Part shown: positions 1-12,759 of the stretch, piece by piece
Numbering within the stretch: position 1 is the stretch's first letter
Layout of the letters: each line of letters begins with the position of its first letter
Source: Isurus oxyrinchus
Lineage: Eukaryota
Length of the DNA stretch: 64,000 nt
Assembly (NCBI GenBank): GCA_026770705.1
Contig: JANJGN010000021.1
Span: forward strand, 90,954,001-91,018,000
Direction: 5' to 3'
The notes under the pieces: model-generated
Database searches by the model: none
What the model was told of the DNA's origin: nothing
What the model saw: only the letters and a program-made list of their open reading frames with translations
Program-made: the position numbers and the translations under genes

Positions 1-50
1 TTCTATGATATTCCTTAAAGCAGTGCCTGTGTACTTCACTTATTTTTCAG

Positions 51-213
51 ATACTCATCCATTCCATCAGTTCCTATTTTGTTGTTAACTACACAGAAGA
101 CGCTACCTTTCAAGTGCAGAAGCTGTTTACTTGCATTTGTCTAATAATTTACAATGAACTTTTTCCTGTATTCATGGATTCACTCTGTTTCATTCACATT
201 GTACTTTTCTCAG
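51..213 (+). CDS. Candidate upstream exon of the micro-exon gene (possible hydrophobic leader MDSLCFIHIVLFS, ATG at 174, ending in phase 1)
   Basis: Acceptor TATTTTTCAG ends at 50 and donor CAG|GTGAGT is at 213/214. The frame is open from 51 to 213 and ends in phase 1, matching the downstream micro-exons. It could instead be a recursive splice site. Confidence 0.4.
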
Positions 214-539
214 GTGAGTGAAATACTCACCGGTTTGATAACATAAAAACGGCATTCCAATCTTGCATCGAGGTGCATTTCATGTGTATAACTTACCCTG
301 TCAGTTGTCAAGGCTTTTCCAGTAACTCTAAGTTACGTTGCATTTTTTTCATCTTTATTCTTTTCTTCTCACCTTAATCTGGGATATATTTCGGAGAAAT
401 TGATTTTTCTTTCTAATTTAAGCAACACCAGGAATGAATAAATGCATTTCAATTATGCCTAAAGTGAAACATTTACGTCTGCTGCAGAAAGATGAGGTAA
501 ATATTGGACTTTATCAAAATATCAATTCCTGTGACAGTT

Positions 540-1150
540 TTGCGTTCCATACTGGTTTCACAAGCAAACAGTTGTATGCTGGACTAAAAGGCCTTGCCAG
601 TGTGGTCAGTTGTATGCTCTGGAGGGGCCAAAGGCATCAGAAAGCTTAAACAGGAGGTAAGAATATCCAAGGATATCATAAGCATTTTATCACATTATCT
701 TCGGTACAATTTACACTGAGGCCCTTGTGTGTAAGCAGCAAAATAATGTGCCTTCATGAGTACAGAAATAGGAGTAAGGTACAAGGTAATGTGTGGCTGG
801 AGAGGCCGTGCAGGAAAAATCCTATTTACTCTGGGGAAGGTGGGACCTGTACAAGCCAAATACGTTGCAAGTCAGCAAAGCCAGGACTTAATAAAACAGC
901 GTCAATCTTCGAAAAGATTGTTCAGGATGGATTAAAATAGCTTGTAGGGGGATCAGGCCCTGAGTGCAGATTCTAAGGGTGAGCAACAATGCTGCAAATT
1001 GAAAACAGGAATTTAGTAACTGTGTGTGGAAGCCAAAGGCATTAAAAGCAATAAAATGGATGACGAAGACGTTTGAAGTGCTTAATGGCATATGTATCAA
1101 CGCAAGGTGCCTCGTGAAGAAGTCAGATGTAATGAGGGTGCAGGTCGTTA
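540..1150 (+). mobile_element. Decayed CR1 LINE, start of ORF2 (APE endonuclease)
   Basis: LNGICINARCLVKKSDVMR at about 1081 resembles the CR1 ORF2 N-terminus (LxCxYxNARSxxNKxDEL). Confidence 0.5.
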
Positions 1151-1624
1151 TCTGTGAGGGTTCTTGGTCTTATGCAACTAACTATGTAAATATTCACCTA
1201 TTTAATATAAACTTGCCTTTTGATGCACTAAATATGTAGGCAATAAGAGATATATGTTTATAAAATATCAGGAAACATTTGCTAAATAACAAAATAAAAT
1301 ACTTAACAATGTTAGTTAGCTTCCTTACTGGTGCAACACGATTTAGCCTTGGGTGCAGGTAGACATGTGGGCCTCCCCTTGCTGCCACTTCGAATTCAGC
1401 AATCTCTTTGTTTTACCATTCAAAGCTGGGCATGCAGTCTCTCTCTTGTCTTCGACGGTCTTCAATTTTACCTTTTGAGCAAATTGCTGTTCAGCTGCTG
1501 TCTTAATCCGTTATTGTGCACTGCCCGTACTCATGATCAGTGGTCTTACCAGATTCGATCAGTAATTGTGTGATCAGTCTCTATTCGGTTTCCTAGAGTG
1601 ACAGTTTTTCTGAGATTCTTTGAG

Positions 1625-2745
1625 GTTATGCTGTTGTTTAAAAAAAGGAGTATGGAAAAGATAATTTGGATTACAGGCAAGTCAGGTAACGTCGCTAGTT
1701 GATAATATATTGTCAAAATGAAAAGTAGAACAAAAAATCATTTAGAAAGACTACACATCATGAATATCATTAAGCTCGTGCCTGACTATCTGATTGAATA
1801 TGATGCCGGAATTTTACGGCGCCGGTGCCGTAAAATGTAATGAGCCATTCAAAACTCCATTGACTTAGGCAGGACCATAAATTCTTGCTGTCATAAAATG
1901 AAGTACAAGGAGTATCGATTAAAGTCGTACTTCTGATGTTGTCCAATTGGATTTAGCAATGTCTTTCACAAGGTCCCAGATGGGAGGCTGGTAACTGAAA
2001 TGTAACAACCCGTGGGAATCAAAGAAAATTGGCTGGTTGGATCCAAAATTAACTCAGCGAAGAAAAGCAACTATAATGTTCAATTATTATTTTTTTTATA
2101 ACTGGACGGTTGTTTCCAGTGGAGTTATGTAGGGAGCAGCATTTCCTTGCACTACGTGGTATTTGTCAATGGTTAATCAGATTAATTAGCACTTAAAAAT
2201 TAACCAACAAACTGGTTAAAAGACATGCGACATCATTTATTTTATTTGTTTACGCACAGATTATGAGATCAAAGAGTTTGTGCTAGAACAATATCCATCT
2301 CTCGTTAGGCCACAGCTGGAGTACTGCACACACTTCTGGTCACGACATTGCATGAATGATGCGATTTTTGCAAAAGGGTACAAAGGACGTTGAGGGAAAA
2401 ACCCAGTAAAGTAGAAATTCATCTCTGAGGAAAGATTCCATCATTTGGGGTTGTTTCCTTTGGAACTTAGGAGACTGGGAGGAGATCTTTTTGAAGTTTA
2501 TGAAACATTGAGGCACCTAGTTGGAGTGGAATGAAAGGATATATGCCCGTTAGGATGGAGGTCAATAACCAGTGGACTTAAAATTCATTTGATTATAAGG
2601 AGAGCTGAAGGGGAGTAGAGACAAAATAATTTCGTCTAGAAGGCAATTATTGTCTTGAATCATGAAAGATTGATAGAAGTGAAACGCCTCACTGCATTTA
2701 CAAAACATTTAGAAAACCACTTAAAGCCACATAAATGGAACGGGA
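1625..2745 (+). mobile_element. Decayed CR1 LINE, RT to 3' region
   Basis: DNA for DVVxLDxxxxFxKVPxGRL at about 1935-1990 and LVRPQLEYCxxFWS at about 2301-2343. Confidence 0.75.
1805..1899. mobile_element. Short palindromic MITE-like insertion inside CR1
   Basis: ATTTTACGGC(1811-1820) and GCCGTAAAAT(1827-1836) form a perfect hairpin; the end resembles the GGCCxGAATTTT MITE ends seen elsewhere in the window. Confidence 0.4.
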
Positions 2746-2831
2746 GCAAAAACTCGCTACTTAGAACGTGCTTAATAACTGAAAGTGCCCAAGATTGACG
2801 TTCTGCATCAATTTCATTTTACTGTCCAGTC

Positions 2832-3190
2832 ACCATATCCCTTGATTCCTGCAGAGAACAAAATATCTACCGATCTCTGTCATTAAACGCACTCAACTAT
2901 AGATCATCCAAAACACAGTGGAACAGACAAATACAGAGACACACATATATGTAAGTGGAAAAATGCCTCGGCATCTCATTTTAGAACCAGCACGATGTTT
3001 CCTCTGGCTGGCGGTCTAGGACAAGCGGTCACAACCGCAGGATACGTGTTAAGCCATTTAGGGTTGAGATGAGGAGAAACCTCTTCACTCAGAGGGTGGT
3101 GAACCTGTGGAACTCGCTACCAAGAAGGCAAGAAGGTTGTGGAGGCCAACTCACTGAATACATTTAAGAAGGAAATAGATAGATTGCTAG
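2832..3190. mobile_element. Two CR1 3' fragments in opposite orientation (about 2832-2980 minus; 2993-3190 plus)
   Basis: CCATATCCCTTGATTCC (minus 3' end) and GAGATGAGGAGAAACCTCTTCACTCAGAGGGTGGTGAACCTGTGGAAC (EMRRNxFTQRVVNLWN). Confidence 0.7.
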
Positions 3191-3199
3191 GTGGGGGAG

Positions 3200-6100
3200 T
3201 CGGTGGCAGCTATGGTGGAATGTGGTAATGCTGGCGCCCAGTCATGGGGTCTAGCATCCAAGGTTGCGCACAAGTCGGAGAGCTGTTTACTGCCGATCTG
3301 TAAGTCTATTATAAGAAGGAATTCCATCTGCAAAAACCATAGATTGACCTACCAATCAACTTCGATCTCTTTCATCATGTGAACCATTTATTTCTACCTG
3401 CCAGCCATCTCGTATCATCCTTCTATCATAAAAATAAGCCACTGATGCCGCATCAAGCCCAAAAGCTGCTCATTTCGGAAGACCATGAGACATCTGCTCC
3501 CCACGTGGGCCTATGACAGCGGGTAGAAGCCGGCTAGCCCCATTCGGTGATAAATCTCCATATACTTCTCCGGGCTGCTGTCACAAAAAATTAGGTCTTT
3601 CTCCCTCCAGAGCACCAAAGTGCCTGAATGGTGTTTGCTGAGGAGGTACGCAAACCTGGGGTCTTCTTGACAACACTTCTCCAGTGTCATAAAGGGGTCA
3701 ACAACATTCTCCCCTCTGCCAAAGTGAGTGGAAAACGCCAGACTCTCGTGAGGGCCATGCAGGTCGGTGCTTTGTGAGTATTTGGACATGAACTTTCGAA
3801 ACCTACCTACCACCACCCACTCACCCAAGCCCAACACCAAGTTTCAAGCTTGGCTGCAATACCATCAGGTGGCGTGTTTCTCGTACATCTGATGACACCT
3901 GGAAGCTGCTGAGTGCCACAATGTCACTTTATTGACACAAGGCTGCTGCCAGAATGGTCTATATATTGAGAGCACTGAAAGAATTACCACATGCCTCCAC
4001 AAGAGAAGAAGATGCAGGATGCCAGAGTAAGGGCAAGGGCCAGTGGAAGTTTCCCCAAAGTAGCCCTACTCATGATCATGATGGAAGAAGAATTAGGTCT
4101 ACCAGAGCACCCAAGCCATATCAAGCTGACCGTGAGACTGAAGCCTCCATTGCAGTGGTACTGCTTCCCATCCTGTTTTGGGGTAGGCGACAGTAACAGG
4201 ACAGGATGATAGTTTGTCATAAATTCCAAGTTGCGGATAGGTGCATGAGATGCAACGAGCTCTGAATGCTTAAAACTCCATTTTCCTTCTTTTCCATTTT
4301 CTCCTTAGATGTGCCAGCGGACCACCGATGACATATTTGGGGTCCTCCATCCCTTCTGATGTGGAGGGGACAGCACAGGGTGCAACAACACATCTTCACT
4401 CTCACCTCTGCAACCACAGATATTACAATCCCAATGCGATGCACGTGAGAATAGCTAAGGAGCCGCAGCCACGAGTCCTGAGGCAACTGCCAGAGGCTTT
4501 GACAGCCGTGGCCATTGACAGTCAGAGAAGTCTAGCAGAATGCTGAGCCTCAGGCTAATGATGGTGCATTGCAATTATCTCTAAGACAAAAGAGGCTAAA
4601 AGCTCAGCGTGAGGTGCGTGAAGGTCTGGTGGAGATTCCAGAAAGTATATGGGCCCTGACAAGGATAGTGGTCCATCCAGGCCATTAGGGATGGGATCTC
4701 TCTTTCTCTCCTCTGCGATTTCAGTCTTCACAATTGGGAGATTGATTACTTGCAAGGCGACTCAGTATACCCATGAGGCTGGGGCTGCGTGCAGATGTGC
4801 ATGTCATCGTCTTGTCCCTGAGCTGAAGACAGCAGTACCACGATGAAAAACTGGGAATGCACCTAGGTTCTCCACCAGACCCTCGATCTTCTCAGGTCAG
4901 CATGGCAAGCACTCATGACAGCAGATGAGTTACAGCAGTTTGCACCTGGCGGCTCCTGTCAGGGCGCTGTGACATTGCCAGCTATTACATTAAATTTCTA
5001 CCTGTGATACCACTGCCTCGGTTTTTCTGGTAGTACAGGAGGCTGCTGCGGCTGTTAAGGAGCTCAACAATATGCCAGTGCCCTCAGGGCCCCAGGCTAC
5101 AAGACGACTGGCCAAGGCCACACCAGGCAATTGGGCAATTTGGTCAGAGCACAATAAAAAGGAGCAGGAATAAACCATCTGGCCATCGTGCCTGCTGCGC
5201 CATTCCATACGGCCATACCTTATCGTGGGCTAAACTCGATTTTTCCACCCATTCTCCATATCCCTTGATTCCACAGGAAACCAACCTTTGGCTATCCCAA
5301 AGGATTAAACCTGTCTGCACCACAACTGGCAACGAATAGGAGACACCATGTCTGAGCACTCGGAAATGAATACAGAAATCACCGTAAATGAACATGGAAA
5401 TCATGGGTGTAGGATGACTGATTGTGTGAAATGCGTGCTGGTTGGCTTCTTTTCGTTAGTGTCACATTATTTTTATTACTATCACATTGATCTGACGGGG
5501 GCCGCAGTCCGATGTTTTTGGTGGAGGTTAGAAGCCAGGAGTTACTGGGGGTTGAACATGGCAGATTTTATTGATTGGAGGAGCCTTCACCAAAGCACAA
5601 TGAGCTGATTGGCTGATCATCTGAGCTCTCAAAAAACGTTAGCGGTCTAATGAGCCTGTAAGGAAAAATGTACTTGGATCAGAGAGCATGAAAAACGTTA
5701 TAGCATGAGAACTTCCCGTGCTTCCTTGGCATGGGAATCTTGAGGAACTCTAAGAGATAGAGCAAGCTGGGTTGGAAACTGTAGCTTGTCTTTAGCTTCC
5801 TTATCAGCATCCTCATCTAACAAAGGCTCGTGGACCGGATGTTTTCCACAACAAAGGCCTTCTCGGTTTGTAGCGCCAGGGTGTCCAAGGTGCAGAAGAT
5901 GAGCACAATCTGGGAGACCCATGATGGTGCATTAAGAAGCCACCCAAATGGCCCAGGGATGTAATTCAGTTTGATCAGATTGATTGTCCAGTGGTCTTCT
6001 GGATCACTTTTTATCTCTCTTCTGCCTTAAGCTGTGATTTCCTCCCGATTTCATGAACCATCTCCTTGTGATAAACCCTGTTGCAGAGTATCAACACTGA

Positions 6101-7010
6101 GAGGCACGCTGGGAGAAGGGATAAAAATCAGAGCTTTAAGAAAGTACATGTCATCACTGCTGCCAATGTAATCAGCACATGACTGCAATAACCAGTAGCA
6201 GTGGTCACAGACCAGTTGAATATTAAAGGAGTGAAATCCCTTCCAGTTGATGGAGGTCCCTGACTGGCCCGCAGGAGAACTGCTGGCAACATGCATGCAG
6301 TCAATTATTCCTTGCATTTGGGGAAACCAGTTATTGCTCAAATGGCTCCCATTCTGGCTCTCCTGGTATGACTGCCAACATCAGTTGTAAATTTGGTGCA
6401 TTGGTTGGCCTGCCTGAATAAAAATTTGTTCACACCTAGAAGAATTTCCAATGGAATGGTCGATGTCAATAGCAGCAGCGTCCTTACGATGCAGTATGGT
6501 GACTTTGCGAATGGGGCCTGAAGGGTCAAGAACAGCAATTCACTTTCTGACAGATATTTTCCAAACGGCCCTGTCACGAGGCATTATTCATCCAGCGTAC
6601 CTAATAATTCATAACTTACCACCTTCCCACCTTCCAAAGCAACTTCTTCTGATCTCAACTTCTTCCATCCAAGGTCTTCTGTCTTTCTAAACGCATATGC
6701 ACATTCAAATGCAGTCCCACTGTGGCGAATAAAACTTTTCTGAGCCTACAACCCCACCATGCTCCAACCCACCATGAGCCCCACTAGTGGCCCAAAAGGT
6801 TCAGTGCAGTTTGTAATATTGCTCACCGTTGCCTTGGAACGACTTTAATTGGCCTTAAACAGATGGCCAGCGGTGTTAGAATTTTGTGTTCCAAACCTTG
6901 TATTGCAATCAAGTAGGACGATGGCGTCCTTGAATTCAATGGCATCATACACAATTTTTCAATTCGCCCGCTTCTACAGCTGTCTTTTTATGCATTATGA
7001 AATTTCACGC
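3200..7010. mobile_element. Decayed autonomous PIF/Harbinger transposon: Myb/SANT gene (+) converging on a DDE transposase (-)
   Basis: Minus 6051-6341 reads FPQMQGIIDCMHVA...NWKGFHSFNIQLVCD...GSSDD (HARBI1-like DDE motifs). Plus about 3535-3723 reads AEEVRKPGVFLTTLLQCHKGVNNILPSAK|GTGAGT (trihelix QCRKRxNDL-like). Frameshifted, with stops. Confidence 0.8.
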
Positions 7011-7445
7011 GTTATATATGCTGAGCTGCAAGATTGTGCTTGTAGCCCTCTATTGATTGCTTCTGGTATCCTTAATCTTTACCTTAGATGCAGCTGTCTT
7101 AAATGAATTATGCTCTTTGCCAAAGCAAGTTTTTTGCAAACAAGTTTAAACAATTTATCGCCAGTGTGATATTTATTGTCAGTGTTTTCTGATCTCAATT
7201 TTCCTTCTTTACGTAATGTGATACATTTGTGTCCATTGTTTAACTTTCTCTCAATCAATTGGAACAGTTAGACACTATTCATGGCATCCAAATGTTACAA
7301 TTATAGGTACTTCTGGGATTTCACCATATAAGCTTTATGCGCTCCCGTAAAAATAAATTAACGGAAAATGCCTCAATATAATTATGGAGTAAATCTTAAT
7401 CGTTGCTAAAATACACTAACAAAGAGTTTTGATTTGACTTTCCAG

Positions 7446-7481
7446 ATATTGACCAACTGAGAAAATGTCTGAAATATACAG
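7446..7481 (+). CDS. Coiled-coil micro-exon A1, 36 nt, (D)IDQLRKCLKYT
   Basis: TTTGACTTTCCAG|atattgac...tatacag|GTGAGA; phase 1-1, no stop, hydrophobic residues at 2, 5 and 9. Confidence 0.75.
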
Positions 7482-7654
7482 GTGAGAAACAAAAGAATCG
7501 TTTTTTAAGTTAACTGAGCATTTATGCTGCGAAGCTGCACTGATTCATTGAAGACTTCATTTGTACGTATCACCTATACTTAAATCATGCAAGCTAGTCA
7601 AAAAAGTGAAAATGACATAATAGGGACAAAACGTTTGGTAGACAAAGCTAGTTT

Positions 7655-8975
7655 GGTTTTGATCTTCCAGAATTCCCTAGATTGTAGAACTATCTGTGGG
7701 ATGGGAGTAGAAAATGTAAACCTGCTATTCAAGAAAGAAGGGAAAGGGGCAATCGGAAATTGCAGGTTTTTTAGCCAGCCACCAGTCGCAATGGGCTCAA
7801 ACCTGCAATTGGTAACTTAATAATGTGGCACGTAGAAAAACAGAATATTATTGGACAGGGATAACACGGGTTTACGGAAGGGAAATCATGCTAAGCAAGT
7901 CTATTAGGCTTGATATAATGTAAGCAATAAAGTGAATGAGGGAGGTTTCGTGTGTTTCTATTTTCAAAAATGTAAATATCCGATAAATTGACATACACAA
8001 GAGATTATTACAAAAGAAATGTCCCATGTGCTTGTGATTAACAGCTGGAATGAGGAGCGGTTAAGGGACAAAGAAAATAGAGTTGACAACTGGTAATGAG
8101 CAGGGTGCTGTAAAGTTTGGCGCTTGAGTCTCAGCATTTACAATCTGTGTCAGAGAGTTAGATCAGAGGCTGGGTAGTAATGTTTCCAACTTACTGATAC
8201 TACAAAGTTGGGTGGGGAAAAACAACATTGAAGATGTCATGAACAAGATTCAAAATGAATTAGACAGGCAAATTAATGGGCAAGAAGGTGAGAGTTGTGA
8301 TATAATGCCGAGGAATGTGTTGATATCCACTTTGGAAGGAAAGAGAAAAGCCAAATAAGCAGGTAAATCGTGGGAAACAGGAAAATGTTTGTACACAGAA
8401 AGGGCCGGTGTCCTCGGCCACGAATCACAGAAAGTTAACGTGCGGGTAGAGTAAGCAATTCATAAAACATATCACATGTTAACATTTAATAAGACAACGG
8501 GATACAAAACAAAAGGGATTGTACTGCAAATATGCATGGACTTGTGCGACCACACCTAGAGTTCTCTGTAATTTTTGATTTACTAAGCTAGTGTAGAAAA
8601 TTCTTCCCTTGGACGAAATGCATCATATGGCATTGCAATGATACCAGAGATTAATGAAAAGTCCAATGAGGAAAAATGAGTAGAAAAAAATTACCTTTTT
8701 TAGAGTCTGGAGATTCAAGGCGTTGTTTCAATAAAACATATAAAATCCTTCAGGAAACATTTGGAATCCTCCACCGCAGTGACTTGTAGTGAGCACCGTT
8801 GAGTATATTCAAGTCATCAGTGGACAATGTTTGAATAATAGTGGATTCAAGGAATATGAAAAAGGTGCAACAAGTGCAGCTGAAGTAGAAGAGCAACTAC
8901 GATCAAGCTGAATTTCGCAGCAGACTCAAGTTTCGATTGACTTCCTGATGATCCTATTTCTTATGTTTTTGTATT
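7655..8975 (+). mobile_element. Decayed CR1 LINE, RT plus 3' tail
   Basis: IFQNSLD...ENVNLLFKKEG (ORF 7587), CGACCACACCTAGAG (RPHLE), 3' tail TCCTATTTCTTATGTT. Confidence 0.8.
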
Positions 8976-9204
8976 CCAAATCGCAATTTTATTCTACTAT
9001 TGCTGGCAACACGTAGACAGATGACCTAACAAGCTTAAGGTTTTTTATTAGCTATGCTTCACGTTATCCTTTGGTAAACAACAAATGTTCCTCTCCACAT
9101 AGAATAGGGGCTAACTTCAGCACATTTTTCTGAAACCGCTAATTATGTTTCAACGGTACAAAGCACATTACTTACTGATCTCAAGGAGAAAGACATTATT
9201 TTCT

Positions 9205-9500
9205 CTTCATGGGTGGTTGGCTTTGGGGGAAAAGCCAGTATTGGCCTCCTATCCCCAGTTGCCCTTGAGAATGTTGTGGCATGTAGTCTTCCTGAACAGT
9301 TGCAGTCTATCTGGAAGAAGTACACGCACTGCAATTATAAAGGGAATTCCTGGATTTTGAAAGAGCTGCAATGAAGAAACGGTACAGTTACAAGTTGGGA
9401 TGTTCTGTGGATTCAAGCGGAAATTGAAGGCGGTGGTACCTCCATGCGTTTGCTGCCCTCGTCCTTCTAGGGTGTAGAAACCGTGGGTTTGCTGCTGAGA
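9205..9500 (-). mobile_element. 3' end of the second LINE family (CR1/L2 group)
   Basis: Reverse-complement similarity to the 3' end of the 47055-48570 element. Confidence 0.6.
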
Positions 9501-9796
9501 TTGTATGTGCATTGGTTTTAATTTCCCAGAATTCCCTGGTATCTGGAAAGGCCCTATAATCTTGAGAAATGGCGAATGTAATTCCTCTGTTCAACATAGG
9601 AGGGAGAGGAAAGTAGAAAGCTACAAGCCAGGTACCTAACACCTGTCTAGAGAAAACGAAGGAATAAAAGAGGGCATAGAGGGGCACTTAGCAATGCTCA
9701 ATGCAATCAAACAGAATTAACCTGCTTTTGCGAATGTTTGCCTCATGCATTATGGATGGAATTTTATAATAGGGTAGAATTTGGGGAATAGATTAA

Positions 9797-10425
9797 GGCC
9801 TGAATCTTAAGTTCTTCGGGCGGGTGCGATAGCTGGGTCTGGAAGTGGATGCAAAAAGCGCATCCATCCGCAATTGCCCCGGCACGCACATTTCACGCTG
9901 GCTGGCCCACTAACGGGCAGCCAGCGTGAAACGCGCATGGCGAAAGCCTCGGTGCTGCGGTGGGGGGAGCGGGAAAGGGGGAAGACAGGGTTGGGGTGGA
10001 GTGGTGCAGGAAGAGGGCAGGCGCCAACAAAAGTGAAGGTACAGTTAGGTGCTCCTAGCGAGCTCCCTGAAGGCAGACAGCTGCTGTGGAGCTACATCAG
10101 AGAGCTGCAGACCTGAACAGATTAAATGACAAGAAAGAAATGCAGCACCTTCAAGCACCTGAGGGCAGAACTCAGAAACCATCTGTCCCCAGATATCTTT
10201 TTCTTCTGATATTTCACCCTGGACATTTCATCCCTGCCTTGATGGAGGTTTCAGCGAAATTAAAGGCCGCCAAGCCCGTCCACCAACTGTAAAATCGATT
10301 TCAATTGCTTCCTTATTCGTCTTAATTGCGAAATAAAGTGCGAGGGCGCGATGACATCGGGACGGGCACCCGACATCATCTCACACGATTTCACGGATTG
10401 GGCACACGTGCATAAAATTCTGGCC
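9797..10425. mobile_element. Harbinger-type MITE, copy 1
   Basis: TIR GGCCTGAATCTT / AAAATTCTGGCC with TAA on both sides (3-bp TSD typical of PIF/Harbinger). Confidence 0.8.
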
Positions 10426-10874
10426 TAATTGTTGGTAAATGTGATGTTGTCCACTTGGAAGGAACAATGGAAAAGTCAACGTTATTTAAATCGAGAAAAA
10501 CTTAACAACTCTCTAGGAGGGTGGGATCTTCGTGTCCTGGTACACGAATCACAAAATGTTAGCCCACAGGAACAGCCAGTGTATGTGCATTGGTTTTAAT
10601 TTCCCAGAATTCCCTGATATCTGGAAAGGCCCTATAATCTTGAGAAATGGCGAATGTAATTCCTCTGTTCAACATAGGAGGGAGAGGAAAGTAGAAAGCT
10701 ACAGGCCAGGTACCTAACACCTGTCTAGAGAAAACGAAGGAATAAAAGAGGGCATAGAGAGGCAGTTAGTAATGCTCAGTGCAATCAAACAGAATTAACC
10801 TGCTTTTGTGAATGTTTGCCTAACACATTATGGATGGAATTTTATAATAGGGTGGAATTTGGGGAATAGATTAA

Positions 10875-11530
10875 GGCCTGAATCTTGCGTTCTTCGGGCG
10901 GGCGCGATGGCCGGGTCTGGAAGTGGATGCAAAAAGCGCATCCATCCGCAATTGCCCTGGCACGCACATTTCACACTGGCTGGCCAACTAACGGGCAGCC
11001 AGCGTGAAACACGCATGGAGAAAGCCTCGGTGCTGCGGTGGGGGCAGCAGGAAAAGGGGAAGACGGGGTTGGGGTGGAGGGGTGCGGGAAGAAGGCAGGC
11101 GCCAACAAAAGTGAAGGTACAGTTAGATGCTTCTAGCGAGCTCCCTGAAGGCAGACAGCTGCTGCGGAGCTCCGTCAGAGAGCTGCAGTCCTGGACAGAT
11201 TAAATGACAAGAAAAGAATGCACGAAACTGTGTCTATGCAGCACATTCAAGCACCTGAGGGCAGAACTCAGAAACCATCAGTCCCCAGATATCTTTTTCT
11301 TCTTATATTTCACCCCGGACATTTCATCCCTGCCTTCATGGAGGTTTCAGCGAAATGTAAAGGCCGCTAAGCCCGTCCACCAACTGTAAAATCGATTTCA
11401 ATTGCCTCCTGATTGGTCTTAATTGCGAAATAACGTGCGAGGGCGCAATGTCATCGGGACGGGCACCCGACATCATCTCACACAATTTCACGTGTCATCA
11501 GATCGGACTCACGTGCATAAAATTCTGGCC
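10875..11530. mobile_element. Harbinger-type MITE, copy 2 (created by the duplication)
   Basis: Same TIRs, same TAA TSD and same flanks as copy 1. Confidence 0.8.
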
Positions 11531-12325
11531 TAATTGTTGGTAAATATGAAGTTGTCCACTTGGAAGGAACGATAGAAAGGTCAACGTTATTTAAATCGAG
11601 AAAAACTTAAGAATTCTCTAGGAGGGTGCGATCTTCGTGTCCTGGTACACGAATCACAAAATGTTAGCTCACAGGAACAGCCAGTGATGTTGCCGTTTAT
11701 TGTAAGGGGAATGGTAGACAACAATAGCTAAGTGTTGCTACAATTGTAGAGGGCATTGGTAAGAGCAGATCTATAGTCCTGTGTGCAGTTTCGGTCTCTT
11801 TATTTAAGAAAGGGTATAATTGCATTAGAAGCAGTTCAGAGAACGTTCACTCAACTGTTTTCCTGCATGATGGTGTATTTTATAGGGAAAGAGTGGACAG
11901 GTAAAGGCTGCATCCATTGGGTTTAGAAGAATGAGACGTTATCTTACTGAAACATATCAGATCCTGAGGAAGTTGACAGGATGGATGCTGAAACGATGTT
12001 TCCCCTTATGGGAGAGACTGGAGGTAGAGGGCACAGATTAAAAATAAGGAGCCTCCCGTTTAAGACCCAGATGAGGGGAATCCATTTCTCTCTCAGGAGG
12101 CCGTGAGCCTGTGCAATCATGTTCCAGAGAGAGTGTTGATCGCAGCGTAATTCAATATTTTTAAGGCAGTTGCATAGGTTCTTCACTAAGAGGACAGTCA
12201 AAAGGTGCAGGGAGAAAAATGGAGTTGCGGCCACAATCAGATCAGCCATGATCTTATCAAATGGTGCAACATGCTCGAGGGGCTGAATGATCTATTCCTG
12301 TTCATAGTCCATATGGTCATACAAT
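11531..12325 (+). mobile_element. CR1 LINE 3' portion
   Basis: LEAVQRTFT-like DNA at about 11825 and CR1 3' UTR CAGATCAGCCATGATCTTATCAAATGG...GCTCGAGGGGCTGAATG. Confidence 0.8.
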
Positions 12326-12759
12326 CATATAATAGGCGCTGTTAATTGAAGCTTGGAGGATTGTTGCAGTGCATATGATAAACACTGCTGCAACTGTGTG
12401 CGGTGGTACAGTGCATGTTTTAGTTGATGATTTCCGATGAAACGGTCTGTTTTGTCATGGATTTTGTTGAGCTTTTTGAGTGCTATTGCAATTGCAATCA
12501 GCCAAGCAAGTGAACAGTATTCCATCTCACTGCTGACTTACAAAAGTTCTAGACATAATCTTGTTGGCAATTCTGGCTGAATATGGTTGCGAATGCTTTA
12601 TCCTTGTCTTTTGTACTGCTGTGCTGTGCTTCCCCATCATTGAGGTTGGAAAGGTGTATGGGACCTCTTCCACAGGTGCATTCTTTAATTACCCACCACT
12701 ATTCCCGACCGGGTGGGACATTCGATGATGTGTCTGACTTAAATAAGTCCTCATGTGAC

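Larger units (their letters stand above)
9502..11686 (+). repeat. Tandem duplication of about 1.08-1.1 kb (CR1 RT fragment plus MITE)
   Basis: TGTATGTGCATTGGTTTTAATTTCCCAGAATTCCC starts at 9502 and 10580; both copies end in CACAGGAACAGCCAGTG. Confidence 0.95.

Noticed and set aside
3511-3840. 109-aa minus ORF as a possible viral gene
   Set aside because: The opposite strand encodes the Harbinger Myb/SANT remnant, which explains the region.
7088-7124. Possible extra exon DAAVLNELCSLPK with a GC donor
   Set aside because: 37 nt, not a multiple of 3, non-canonical donor; would frameshift the chain.
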